Assembly (NCBI GenBank): GCA_030615625.1
Contig: JAUWYX010000002.1
Coordinates: forward strand, 11,995 to 75,994
Source of the DNA: Dehalococcoidia bacterium
GTDB lineage: Bacteria; Chloroflexota; Dehalococcoidia; GIF9; AB-539-J10
Direction of reading: 5' to 3'
DNA length: 64,000 nucleotides
Part shown: piece after piece, positions 1 to 9,126 of the stretch
Layout of the letters: each line of letters opens with the position of its first letter
How positions within the stretch are numbered: the stretch's first letter is position 1
The notes under the pieces: model-generated
Database searches by the model: none
What the model saw: the letters and a program-made list of their open reading frames with translations, nothing else
Told to the model about the DNA's origin: nothing
Position numbers and translations under genes: made by a program

Positions 1-2093
1 GCCTGGCTACAGGTCTAAGCTCGTGGTACAAATCCTCCAACAGCATCTGGATAGGATGGGCGGGGATAGGCCGGAAAAAAATAAAAAAAGAAAAAGATAT
101 CATGGCGAGATTGCTATCTGAAAACTGCCACCCGGTTTCTCTCTCACAGCAGGATGTCGAAGCCTACTACCACGGGTTCTGCAATCGAACTATCTGGCCT
201 CTTTTCCACTACTTCCCCCTCTATGCGGAATATAGCGAAGATTTCTGGCAGGCTTATGAACGAGTCAACACAGCTTTCGCCAACGTAGTTGCTGGAATTG
301 CCAGGCCTAATGATATTATCTGGATACACGATTATCACTTAATGCTCCTCCCCAAGCTCTTAAGAGAAAGGTTGCCAAAGGCAACAATGGGTTTCTTCCT
401 CCACATCCCTTTTCCGTCTTTTGAAATATTTCGCTTGTTACCATGGCGTAAACAAATTCTGGAAGGACTTTTAGGCGCAGACCTCGCAGGTTTTCACACC
501 TATGACTACACCGGGCACTTCCTGGACAGCGTGCATCGTCTATTAGGCTACGAAGTGGCTATGGGGCAAATCACCGCGGCCGATCGGGTAGTGAGGGCGG
601 ATGCATTTCCCATGGGAATAAACTATGAACAATTCTCCAGCGTTGCCCAGGACCCAAAAGCGCAAGCAGAGAGAAAAAAGTTTCGCAAAAAACTAGGAGA
701 TTGCCAGGTAATTCTTTCAGTGGACCGTCTGGATTACACCAAGGGCATCCCTGAGCGGTTGGAAGCTTTCAGTGTGTTTCTGGACAGGAACCCGAAGTTC
801 AAGAGGAAAGTAATTCTTGTTTTGCTGGTAGTCCCTTCACGCACAAGAGTGGACCACTATATACAGTTGAAGAAACAGCTAGATGGACTTGTGGGCGAAA
901 TCAACGGAAAACATGGGACTATAGGCTGGATGCCAGTCTGGTATCTATACCGCTTTTTACCCTTCCACTCCCTCGCCGCCCTTTACAGCCTGGCTGATGT
1001 TGCCCTTGTTACCCCTCTCAGAGACGGGATGAATCTTGTAGCAAAAGAATACACGACAACTAAGACGGACGGGAAAGGGGTTTTAATACTTAGTGAGACT
1101 GCCGGAGCTGCTCAAGAGCTGGGAGAGGCGATTATAATAAATGCCAATAACCAGGAAGAGATTGCCCAGGCATTGGCAAAAGCCCTGGAAATGCCAGAAC
1201 AAGAGCAAATAGAGCGCAACCGCACAATGCAGAAACGCCTGCGTCGTTACGACGTGGTGCAATGGGCAAATGAATTTATGGATAAACTGCTTTACACCAA
1301 GAAACTTCAACGGGAGATGGAAGAAAAGGCATTGACCTATGAGATGCAGAAGAAATTAGCCAGCGATTTCCAAGAGAGCGATAAAGCATTACTCCTATTG
1401 GATTATGATGGCACACTTGTCCCTTTTTCACCCAAACCAGCGGAAGCAATGCCGGGAGCCAACCTCTTAAGATTGCTTGAAAGGTTTACCAAGAATCCTC
1501 GAAACGAAGTAGTGCTCATAAGTGGACGCGATAAAGATACCTTGGAGAGCTGGTTTGGCGGTCTCGATGTGGGATTGGTGGCTGAACATGGCGTGTGGAT
1601 TAAAGAAAAGGGTGGAGGATGGGAGACGATAGAGACCCTGACAAGTGAGTGGAAGGAAGAGGTGTATCCGATACTTGAGTCATGGGTGGATAGAACCCCG
1701 GGCTCCTTCATTGAAGAAAAAGAGTTCTCCCTTGTCTGGCATTACAGAAAAGCTAACCCCAAGCTAGGTGAGCTTCGAGCCCGGGAGTTGATAAACAATC
1801 TCTCAAATATAACTGCCAATTTAAACCTTCAGGTGTTGGAAGGAAGCAAGGTAGTGGAAGTGATAAACACCGGCATAAACAAGGGGCGCACGGCTTCAAT
1901 ATGGATTTCGAGAGAGAAATGGGACTTTATATTGGCACTGGGCGATGATTGGACCGATGAGGATACTTTCAAGGTTCTCCCTTCCACAGCGTGGTCTATA
2001 AAGGTGGGGTTTGGGGCTTCGGCAGCTAGATTCAGCCTTAGTTCCCCAAGCAACGCGACTTCTCTGTTAAGAAAAATGGTAGGGGGTCGGTGA
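1..2093 (+). CDS. Bifunctional trehalose-6-phosphate synthase/phosphatase, 5' end outside the window
   Basis: GT20 motifs [34 protein letters not shown]-terminal HAD domain LLLDYDGTL and GDDWTDED. The frame is open from base 3 (LATGLSSW...WIGWAG), so the ATG at 102 is internal. Confidence 0.93.
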   Translation, partial: LATGLSSWYKSSNSIWIGWAGIGRKKIKKEKDIMARLLSENCHPVSLSQQDVEAYYHGFCNRTIWPLFHYFPLYAEYSEDFWQAYERVNTAFANVVAGIARPNDIIWIHDYHLMLLPKLLRERLPKATMGFFLHIPFPSFEIFRLLPWRKQILEGLLGADLAGFHTYDYTGHFLDSVHRLLGYEVAMGQITAADRVVRADAFPMGINYEQFSSVAQDPKAQAERKKFRKKLGDCQVILSVDRLDYTKGIPERLEAFSVFLDRNPKFKRKVILVLLVVPSRTRVDHYIQLKKQLDGLVGEINGKHGTIGWMPVWYLYRFLPFHSLAALYSLADVALVTPLRDGMNLVAKEYTTTKTDGKGVLILSETAGAAQELGEAIIINANNQEEIAQALAKALEMPEQEQIERNRTMQKRLRRYDVVQWANEFMDKLLYTKKLQREMEEKALTYEMQKKLASDFQESDKALLLLDYDGTLVPFSPKPAEAMPGANLLRLLERFTKNPRNEVVLISGRDKDTLESWFGGLDVGLVAEHGVWIKEKGGGWETIETLTSEWKEEVYPILESWVDRTPGSFIEEKEFSLVWHYRKANPKLGELRARELINNLSNITANLNLQVLEGSKVVEVINTGINKGRTASIWISREKWDFILALGDDWTDEDTFKVLPSTAWSIKVGFGASAARFSLSSPSNATSLLRKMVGGR

Positions 2094-2137
2094 CAGTTAG
2101 AACAAAATGTAGGGCTTATACCTGATAAATCAGGCAA

Positions 2138-3538
2138 CTACAAGGATTGGTTTCTCTTCCGCTTGCTCAGCTTGAACCAGGGAGAAAAGCTGATTATGAT
2201 GTCAGCATTGGCTTCCTTATTGATAGCCCCACTGACAACCATATTTATAGCCATAAGATAATCAGCAATTCTATCGGGAAGGAGAAAGCGCTGCCCCACA
2301 TACTCTCTGCCCCTTTTGCCCATCGCCTCAGCAGCCTTGGGTTTTTCCAGTAAATAGATTATCCTTTTTGCAGTTTTGCGTGATGTCTGGTAAAAGTATC
2401 CGGTATCGCCGTCCCGAATCTGAAGGGGTATGGCCCCCGCGTCAGCACCTATCACCGGTTTGCCCTTCCACAATGCCTCAGTAATTACCAACCCGAAGCC
2501 TTCTTTGGTAGATGGCTGCATTATAACTCTGGCGGCCCGCTGGAGCGCATTCACTTCCCTCGAATTCTCCAGACGGTCGTCCAGAGACAGATTTAGTACG
2601 TGGATGTCCTCGTCATTCTTTGTGTCTTCATAAACTCGGGCTAGAATTCTCTCTCCTTCCGGGTCATCGCCAGCCAATCCACCCGCTAATATAAGCTGGC
2701 ATTCCTTTTCCTTCCTCACCCGGCGGTAGGTGGCAATAGTCCTGTCTATTCCCTTCCAGGGGTCAAACCTACTAATCTGGGCAATGATTGGGACCTTGGG
2801 GTCTATACGGTATTTGGTGAGAACCCTGTCTATCTCTCCCTGGCTCAATTCCTTATTCTTCTCAGAAAGAGGGTCAATGAAAGGAGGGATTATAAACTTA
2901 GGCAGCGGCCACCGTGGGAGAATGTATTGAGCCGCTGAAAATATGACGGCATCATAGTGCTCAGCCCAGTCGGTCAGGAGATCCCATAAATCAGGGTTAG
3001 CCTCTATAGTCTCTCTATCCATATCTATGTGGCATCTCCACAGCCAGGTTGCCCCCGGTCTTCTAAGATAGTGACTCAAGCCCAGTGGCTGTGGGTCTTG
3101 TACATCTATCACGTCAGGTTCGTAGTCAATAAGATTCTGCTTGGCACACTCCTCGAGGGTAGATAGGTAAGTATGTTGCCGCTCTGGACTGAAGGAGCCT
3201 GTCTTGCCCTGTAGTAAGTTGTGTAGCTCCTTCGTGGACTCGAAATATTCCTTGGAACCACAAATAACCTTCCACTCAGTTTCTACACCCACCATATTCA
3301 AGAACGGGACAGCGCTGTAAAGCATCTCAGCGACACCACCACCCTGGGCGCTAGCATTCAGGGTCAGCATTTTTAAGCCTTTCACTCGCTGAGCTATCTT
3401 CTGCAGTCTCTCCATCCTCTCCTCCCCCAAGATAGGAACATAAGCCTCCGGAGGAGACGTGGAGAAAGGACAAAAGTTCTTTCTCTTACTGTAGACGGTC
3501 CCGTCTGCCAGGATGGAAGAGATGCCTGCTTTCGTCAT
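2138..3538 (-). CDS. treT: GT4 glycosyltransferase, trehalose synthase TreT-like
   Basis: NASAQGGGVAEML, WRCHID, QISRFDPWKG and EGFGLVITEALWKGKPVIG motifs; convergent with the TPS/TPP gene. Confidence 0.85.
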   Translation of the reverse strand: MTKAGISSILADGTVYSKRKNFCPFSTSPPEAYVPILGEERMERLQKIAQRVKGLKMLTLNASAQGGGVAEMLYSAVPFLNMVGVETEWKVICGSKEYFESTKELHNLLQGKTGSFSPERQHTYLSTLEECAKQNLIDYEPDVIDVQDPQPLGLSHYLRRPGATWLWRCHIDMDRETIEANPDLWDLLTDWAEHYDAVIFSAAQYILPRWPLPKFIIPPFIDPLSEKNKELSQGEIDRVLTKYRIDPKVPIIAQISRFDPWKGIDRTIATYRRVRKEKECQLILAGGLAGDDPEGERILARVYEDTKNDEDIHVLNLSLDDRLENSREVNALQRAARVIMQPSTKEGFGLVITEALWKGKPVIGADAGAIPLQIRDGDTGYFYQTSRKTAKRIIYLLEKPKAAEAMGKRGREYVGQRFLLPDRIADYLMAINMVVSGAINKEANADIIISFSPWFKLSKRKRNQSL

Positions 3539-3850
3539 TCAAAATCCTCGCTTTACAAGTTACACCAAACCAAAGCTACCTTACGCCACATAATTGACTG
3601 ATTTTACACCTGACAGCACACATTGGCAAGTCCTCGATTTAAATCATCTAAACCTAATCGAGATATCGGACGAGGTAGCCTTGAAATTGAAGGTGGTGCG
3701 CCCGGCTACATTAATAAGTCCCACTATTCCGCCTGGAGCCTTAACTTCCCTTTTAAACAGGTGCAGTGAGCTCTTGTAGTGGAGGGCTTGCCCCCTCCCA
3801 GGCTTTTCTCAAGGGGGGAGGGTAACAATCGACCTGCGATTTTCCCTAAT

Positions 3851-4108
3851 TCAGTGAACTTTATAGGTACTGTCTCTGCTCGGGTTGAACTCTGCAAAGA
3901 AGCGAGCGATGTCCTCGCGCTTGAATCTGCGGTCACCACGGGGGGTAATGCGGTATGCCTTTATTCTTCCGCTATTACTCCACCGCCTCAGGGTGTTGGG
4001 ATGGATATGGAGCAGCCTGGCTACCTCCCTCACCGTCAGCATATCATCCATTTGGCCATTATTATCCATACTATCCATATCTTTTCCCATCTCCTCTTTA
4101 GTTAACAT
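3851..4108 (-). CDS. Small excisionase/BldC-like HTH DNA-binding protein
   Basis: MLTVREVARLLHIHPNTLRRW...RITPRGDRRF matches the stand-alone MerR-type winged HTH pattern. Confidence 0.85.
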   Translation of the reverse strand: MLTKEEMGKDMDSMDNNGQMDDMLTVREVARLLHIHPNTLRRWSNSGRIKAYRITPRGDRRFKREDIARFFAEFNPSRDSTYKVH

Positions 4109-4233
4109 ATCTTAAGGGTAACTCACTTCAATCAACTGCACAATCACCCAAAAGTATCAATTTGATTAGAAAATGGTACTGGGAAAAAAGTCCTGGATTG
4201 GTAAAATTGGTAAGAAAGGTTAAGTTAGGTATA

Positions 4234-4262
4234 TTGACTTCCTTTTGAAAAAGTGCTACTCT
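4234..4262 (+). promoter_or_regulatory. Sigma70-type promoter for the regulator gene
   Basis: TTGACT, 17-bp spacer, TACTCT with a TG extension; preceded by GGTA/GGTT direct repeats. Confidence 0.55.
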
Positions 4263-4518
4263 TATACATATTATTCCCATAAGTATTATGAATAATCTAC
4301 GCAAAGGAACACTAAGAGAGCGATTGCGTAAGTTCGCGGGAGTGCGAGTTGTGTGGTCGGGGAAAGCTGATGGCGGGCAAATGCATGTGTAAGGGAGGAT
4401 AGGCCGAAAGTTCTGTTGCCGTTTTATGTGTGAGGAGGCAGTGAAGCTGAGCCTGTAGCTGGTCGCTTGGGCTCGGTGGAGCTAATAGCGAAACCGACCT
4501 TAAAGGTTAGTTTCGCTT

Positions 4519-5247
4519 TTGTGTTTAGTGAAAGGGATGAAAGTTCTGGTTGTTAGCCATTCGCAAGACTTATCGCAAGCTATTTCCCCTATCCTGAGAG
4601 TAAGATGGCCAGACTTAAGTTTAGTCCATGTCAACCAAGCCACGGAAAGCCTGGAGCTGATACATAGAGAACAGCCAGACATCGTTATGTTTTACCTCCC
4701 TGAGCGAAGCGAAGGAGCACCACCCCTGAACTGCTTTGACCTCATAAGCCGGATTCGCAGCTTCTCCGGTGTGCCCCTCATTGTTATTAGCCAGAGCGAT
4801 GATATCATGGACAAGGTAAAAGCTCTGGAGATGGGTGCCGATGACTGGGTGTCCCCATCTTTCAGCCCCATGGAGTTTATTGCCAAGGTCAATGCTATTC
4901 TCCGCCGCCGCTCCCCCCATAAGCCTGGTGTTTCCTTTTTCCTGAATGGCAAGCTATCTATAAATTACGACGCTCGCCAAGTACGCATCTCGGGAAAGCC
5001 AGTGAAGCTAACCCCTATTCAATATAAACTCCTTTGTCATTTAATCAAGAACCAGGGAAGGGTATGCAGCGCCGCCGAGTTGCTCCAGCATATCTGGGGG
5101 CCGAACTATAGTGATGAGAGAGAACTCCTGAAGCTGAGTGTTTATCGTTTGAGGTCTAAAATCGAGGAAAACCCCTCGGCCCCAGAAATCATTTTCAATG
5201 AAAGAGGCATAGGCTACGTCATTAGGGCCTCCAGTTCGAGTGGGTAG
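4519..5247 (+). CDS. OmpR/PhoB-family response regulator with atypical receiver (likely start 4537)
   Basis: Receiver fold plus winged helix (LTPIQYKLL...IWG...RLRSKIE...RGIGY). The phospho-acceptor Asp position reads Y (PDIVMFYLP). Confidence 0.85.
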   Translation: MCLVKGMKVLVVSHSQDLSQAISPILRVRWPDLSLVHVNQATESLELIHREQPDIVMFYLPERSEGAPPLNCFDLISRIRSFSGVPLIVISQSDDIMDKVKALEMGADDWVSPSFSPMEFIAKVNAILRRRSPHKPGVSFFLNGKLSINYDARQVRISGKPVKLTPIQYKLLCHLIKNQGRVCSAAELLQHIWGPNYSDERELLKLSVYRLRSKIEENPSAPEIIFNERGIGYVIRASSSSG

Positions 5248-5260
5248 AGACACTCCCCTT

Positions 5261-5468
5261 GTCATTGTGAAGCTCCTCCCCCTGAGTCCTAAACAAATCC
5301 AAATGTCAAAATCCCAATGACAACCGAAATCTAAATACTGAAATGCCAAAACTACTTCGTTTTGTCATTTAGATTTTGAGCTTGCTTTGATATTTATGCC
5401 TTGTCATTTGTCATTGCTTAGCATTCAGGATTTGGTGTCCGAGATTGCTTCACTTCGTTCGCAATGAC
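5261..5468. repeat. GTCATTG...CAATGAC palindromic element enclosing an inverted array of short AT-rich repeats
   Basis: gtcattg at 5261; gagattgcttcacttcgttcgcaatgac at 5441-5468. Interior has aaatccaaatgtcaaaatcccaatgacaa facing ttgtcatttagattttg/ttgtcatttgtcatt. Confidence 0.7.
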
Positions 5469-5482
5469 ATAGAGAGTGTGCT

Positions 5483-5530
5483 GAAACCAAAAAGAAACCT
5501 TTTGTAACCCAAAAACAACCTCTGGTAACT
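5483..5530 (+). promoter_or_regulatory. Phased direct repeats (AACC/AACT), probable tandem regulator-binding boxes
   Basis: AACC at 5485, 5496, 5506, 5517 and AACT at 5527, spacing 11/10/11/10 bp. Confidence 0.55.
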
Positions 5531-5590
5531 GAGTAGCTACTGACTTCTCTGACGTTCCCCATTACACTGGACTTAAGCACTGGTAGATAA

Positions 5591-5995
5591 GTGTTGGCAT
5601 TTAAGGCCGGGTTGACCGTGGAGAAGATTTTGCTTGTGTGTCCCGACTTAGCGATGATAGATAACTTAACCTTTGTATTACAGCATTCCGGTTTTCAAAT
5701 TGTAAACGCTGCCGAGAGCAAGCAAGCTTTGGCGGAGATGGGTAGAAGCTCTCCTGACCTCGTAGTTTTGCGTGAGAACAGCTGCAGACTGAATGGAGAC
5801 GAGCTTTGTATCCGCATTCGGGAGATATCTGATGTTCCCATCATCGTTCTCGGGCAGGAGCAGGAAGAGGCGGCGGGAATCGAGTTTCTGGAAATGGGCG
5901 CTGATGCCTACCTGACCTCTCCCTTAAGTTTGAGGGAATTGCTTGCCAGGGTTCGCTCCTTGCTGCGCCGCACCCGGGCCTCTCAAGGAACATGA
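5591..5995 (+). CDS. Single-domain atypical receiver protein
   Basis: Receiver fold (VPIIVL, LEMGADAYL, ELLARVRSLLRR). PDLVVLRE has R at the Asp site; no output domain. Confidence 0.75.
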   Translation: MLAFKAGLTVEKILLVCPDLAMIDNLTFVLQHSGFQIVNAAESKQALAEMGRSSPDLVVLRENSCRLNGDELCIRIREISDVPIIVLGQEQEEAAGIEFLEMGADAYLTSPLSLRELLARVRSLLRRTRASQGT

Positions 5996-6040
5996 AAGAG
6001 GATAACTAAGATGGAAACTGGTTACAGGGCCAACAAGAAT

Positions 6041-6265
6041 TTAAAGAAGCTGTGTAAACTCAGCGACCGTGAGGTCAGCCTTGCGGATGAGGGTTCGCAA
6101 TGTGCCTGGCTTGAGTTCTTTTCTTCCCCCGGGAACGCTGAGGTGGCGTCCATCGGGATGATAAAGGATGGCATGCCTTCCTTTCCAGTGGTCAAGAGAG
6201 AAGCCAGTCCTTCCGAAGGCTTTGATAGCATCTTCTCCTCTTACCACCGGGAGCTTTGCCATCAA
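6041..6265 (-). CDS. hicA: HicA-family toxin
   Basis: KLPVVRG...GF...KGRHAIL...VP...ELKPGTLRTLIRKA; coupled to hicB. Confidence 0.8.
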   Translation of the reverse strand: MMAKLPVVRGEDAIKAFGRTGFSLDHWKGRHAILYHPDGRHLSVPGGRKELKPGTLRTLIRKADLTVAEFTQLL

Positions 6266-6603
6266 ACTGGCACCTTAGGAGCTACCTCTACCTCGTCGGT
6301 CTCAATCCTGAGGGGAAGTCCATCTGCTTTCCGCTCGCTCAGACACCAGCGTATCTCCTGTGACACAAGTTCCGGTGTCTCTTCTGGGAGGGGCATATTG
6401 TGTTTCTCTCGCAGGGCTAGAATTCCCTCGATAGCCTCCCGAATATTAGCCATGGCTTCCTCTCGAGTGTCGCCCTGGCTGACGCACCCTGGTAGAGCTG
6501 GGCAGTGGATGGAATATCCGATTTTCTCAGGCTCAAGAATAACAGTGAATTTCATAAATAACCTCCACCTAAATAGCATAGCAACAGGAGTTTGAAAATG
6601 CAA
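6262..6603 (-). CDS. hicB: HicB-family antitoxin (likely start MKFTVILE)
   Basis: CPALPGCVSQGDTREEAMANIREAIE is the HicB signature. Confidence 0.85.
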   Translation of the reverse strand: MHFQTPVAMLFRWRLFMKFTVILEPEKIGYSIHCPALPGCVSQGDTREEAMANIREAIEGILALREKHNMPLPEETPELVSQEIRWCLSERKADGLPLRIETDEVEVAPKVPV

Positions 6604-6851
6604 AATAGTCTGTGTCTAAGAACCTTTTTGATAATAACGACTGCCGACGCCCTGGATCCATTTCCAGGCAGGTCGATCAGGGCGACCGGGCTTCCTTATC
6701 AAGTCTCCTCTCCCTCGATAGGAGTTCCCTCTCCACTTGCTGGAGAGGGTTAGGGTGAGGTCAAGGTGAGGCTGAGTCCAATAAGGCACGCCTTAAATCA
6801 AAGATGAGGTGGGATGATTAATGAGAAACTCCAAAAAAGGAGGACCATAAA

Positions 6852-7499
6852 ATGAAAAGAATAGGACTTTTATGTCTGGCGCTGGTCCTGGCGCTGGGCG
6901 CGCTCGGCGTGGGCTACGCCATGTGGTCCGATACGCTCCAGATTGAGGGCGAAGTGAACACCGGCGAACTGAGTGTGATTTTTGACAGCCAGTATGACAA
7001 CGACCCCAGTGACAATGACCCCAAGGAAGCGGGCTCGTGGAATCTGACCACACTCGAATGGGAGGGGGCAAGATGGGACAAGAACGTAGCTTCCACTACG
7101 TCGACCTTCGATGACAAGTCTGCTAGGATCGTTGTGACCCTCGGCTATCCTTGCTACTGGGGTAGCGTACTCTGGGACGTGCACAACGTTGGCACCATCC
7201 CGGCAAAACTCCATTCGATAACGCTGACGAAGCTGAGCAAGCAATTGGACGAGTGGCCGATGAATAAGGCCCTCGACATCGACACCCGGTACTACGTTGA
7301 CGTCGAGCAGCTGAGAGTAAACAAAGTGCTCCAGGCCGACGATGATTTCAGCTTCATACTAAGTGCGTTCAACTGCACCCAGATTGATGCGTGTCAGGTG
7401 GGCTACCTGGACGTCACGGTGCACGTGGAGCAGGACGCTGAGCAGAAGAAAACGTACGACTTCGTCATTGACTATGTCTTTGCTAACTGGAATGAATGA
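6852..7499 (+). CDS. SipW-cognate signal-peptide protein, putative major fibre/pilin subunit
   Basis: Strong RBS aaggagg. Signal peptide ending GVGYA followed by MWSDTLQIEGEVNTG; beta-rich body with YPCY and a C-terminal V-EQ-A-Q---Y-F strand; lies in a cluster with a SipW-type peptidase. Confidence 0.75.
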   Translation: MKRIGLLCLALVLALGALGVGYAMWSDTLQIEGEVNTGELSVIFDSQYDNDPSDNDPKEAGSWNLTTLEWEGARWDKNVASTTSTFDDKSARIVVTLGYPCYWGSVLWDVHNVGTIPAKLHSITLTKLSKQLDEWPMNKALDIDTRYYVDVEQLRVNKVLQADDDFSFILSAFNCTQIDACQVGYLDVTVHVEQDAEQKKTYDFVIDYVFANWNE

Positions 7500-7523
7500 T
7501 GAGTGAAGACTGAGAGGAAGAGT

Positions 7524-7685
7524 TTTTCGGGGAGGGGGCTCTGTCCCCTCCCCAAAGGAGCCCGCCCTTCGGGGGAAACGTGAATAAAAAGGTCTCGGGA
7601 AAGCCCCACCCCCTCTTCTTGGCAGGGGAAGAGGCAAAGGATTATAATGGTCTTTACCCCTTCCCCTGGAAAGGAGAAAGGAATA
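7524..7685 (+). terminator. Cluster of GC-rich hairpins (terminator or mRNA-stabilising elements)
   Basis: ggggagggg-gctctgt-cccctcccc, cccttcgggg, cctcttc...gaagagg, ccttccc...ggagaaagg in the intergenic spacer. Confidence 0.45.
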
Positions 7686-7723
7686 GTGAAGCTGCCTTTC
7701 CGGCATAAAGATAAGGTGAGGGC

Positions 7724-8314
7724 TTGAGTATAATGAAAAAGAGAAGAAACAGGTTTTCCCGACTGGGACTGCTGCCCATAGTGCTGCTTTTGGCCCTGTG
7801 TCTCACCGGCGTGGGCTACGGCATGTGGTCGGACGAGGTTTACATCGAGGGCACAATCACCACAGGCACGTGGGATGTGGGCGGCACCATCGGCTTCTGG
7901 AAGAACTGGGACAATCACTATAACGAAGCGGAAATCGTGCCGTGGCTGGTGGCCATTAATTCTAGCTCAGAGTGGCTAGGCCCAACCACGGTGGAGGGAC
8001 TAGATGAACTGTTTGCCGCTGCCACGGGACAGTGTCCCCCTATGAAGAGCAAATTCCTGGTCCACTACATGGCTACCCGCCTGGATATCGCCTCTGGCCG
8101 GCTTGATGTGGGCAATACTCATGACGTTACCGGATGGGATGAAGATAACTATCTCGGTCTCCCCAACCCAGCATTGGCAACGCTGTCCGAGATAATTATT
8201 GCCATTGAAGGTAAGTACCCGGCTGAACCTGAAGACCCCGCAGCCTGGCCCACAACGGAGCAGTACGAGACAATGAAGGATATCTGTGACGCTTTGAACA
8301 ATTTGTGGATCTAG
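7724..8314 (+). CDS. SipW-cognate signal-peptide protein, putative minor subunit
   Basis: GVGYG-MWSDEVYIEGTITTG N-terminus paralogous to 6852; unrelated body (TIGFWKNW...ICDALNN). Confidence 0.7.
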   Translation: MSIMKKRRNRFSRLGLLPIVLLLALCLTGVGYGMWSDEVYIEGTITTGTWDVGGTIGFWKNWDNHYNEAEIVPWLVAINSSSEWLGPTTVEGLDELFAAATGQCPPMKSKFLVHYMATRLDIASGRLDVGNTHDVTGWDEDNYLGLPNPALATLSEIIIAIEGKYPAEPEDPAAWPTTEQYETMKDICDALNNLWI

Positions 8315-8324
8315 TTCGTCCTTG

Positions 8325-8352
8325 GTAGGGCGGGGAGAGGCTTCGCCCCTAC
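8325..8352. repeat. GTAG-type REP-like palindrome
   Basis: gtagggcgggga-gaggc-ttcgcccctac, with GTAG/CTAC ends. Confidence 0.5.
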
Positions 8353-8375
8353 GGAGGTTCTGGAAGGTTTAAGGA

Positions 8376-9023
8376 ATGACAAGAAAAAGAGTGATAGCGA
8401 AAGGCAACCTGGGCAGGCTGGGCATGTTGTCTCTGGCGCTGGTGGTGGCGCTGGCGGGGATGGGTGTGGGCTATGCCCAAATGCAGGGCGGCCTGCAGAG
8501 CAATGGCCAGGTGCTGACCGACTGCGCCTTCACCTGGGTGGTCTCCAACGACGATGGCGAGGTGACTAACATATCTCCTTATGGAGACATTGACCCCGGC
8601 GATGATAGCGGCGGCACCAGCTATGACAGGTGGGATGCCCAGAGCAGCGACGACCCCTCGAAAGCGCAGGAAATGGGAATTCCCTGCGCCAGGTATGATA
8701 AAGACGTGGCGCGAACCACCGTCCAGATGTCGGATGGCCAGCGGATAATCACCGTGCTGGTAGAAAACGCCTACCCGTGCTATTACCCGACGGTATTCTT
8801 CGGGCTGAAAAATACGCAGAGTTTTTCTGTCAAAATTAAGAGTATTGATATTAGTTACGACATGCCAGAGCTCACCGTCACGTTTGACGGGATAACTGAA
8901 AATCAGGTGCTCTCCACTGGCGAGGAGGTCATCGGTAGACTGGGAATTCACACTGAGCAGTCTGCTCATCAGAACTCAACCTATAATGTTGAGGTGAAGG
9001 TAGTGCTGGTTCAGAAAGAATGA
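8376..9023 (+). CDS. SipW-cognate signal-peptide protein, paralogue of 6852..7499
   Basis: GMGVGYA signal. Shares DDPSKA/NDPKEA, ARYDKDVARTT/ARWDKNVASTT, YPCY and HTEQSAHQNSTY/HVEQDAEQKKTY with the first gene. Confidence 0.75.
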   Translation: MTRKRVIAKGNLGRLGMLSLALVVALAGMGVGYAQMQGGLQSNGQVLTDCAFTWVVSNDDGEVTNISPYGDIDPGDDSGGTSYDRWDAQSSDDPSKAQEMGIPCARYDKDVARTTVQMSDGQRIITVLVENAYPCYYPTVFFGLKNTQSFSVKIKSIDISYDMPELTVTFDGITENQVLSTGEEVIGRLGIHTEQSAHQNSTYNVEVKVVLVQKE

Positions 9024-9126
9024 GTCGGGCTGCTGTTGGGGGCAGTGGGGACATTGGGGCCATTGGAAGTGGTGGTGGTGAGGGGAGGAACGCCCTGAAT
9101 AACCTTCAGATTTAACTGGCTCCCAC

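Noticed and set aside
75..101. Frameshift in the A-rich run before the ATG at 102
   Set aside because: The frame is continuous from base 3 to 102.
3851..4108. Prophage or ICE excisionase
   Set aside because: No integrase, att site or phage genes nearby; a regulatory role fits better.
4270..4520. Riboswitch (c-di-GMP-I-like GGGCAAA...GAAA) in the long leader
   Set aside because: The required stems and GNRA/receptor arrangement could not be built by eye; an Rfam scan would settle it.
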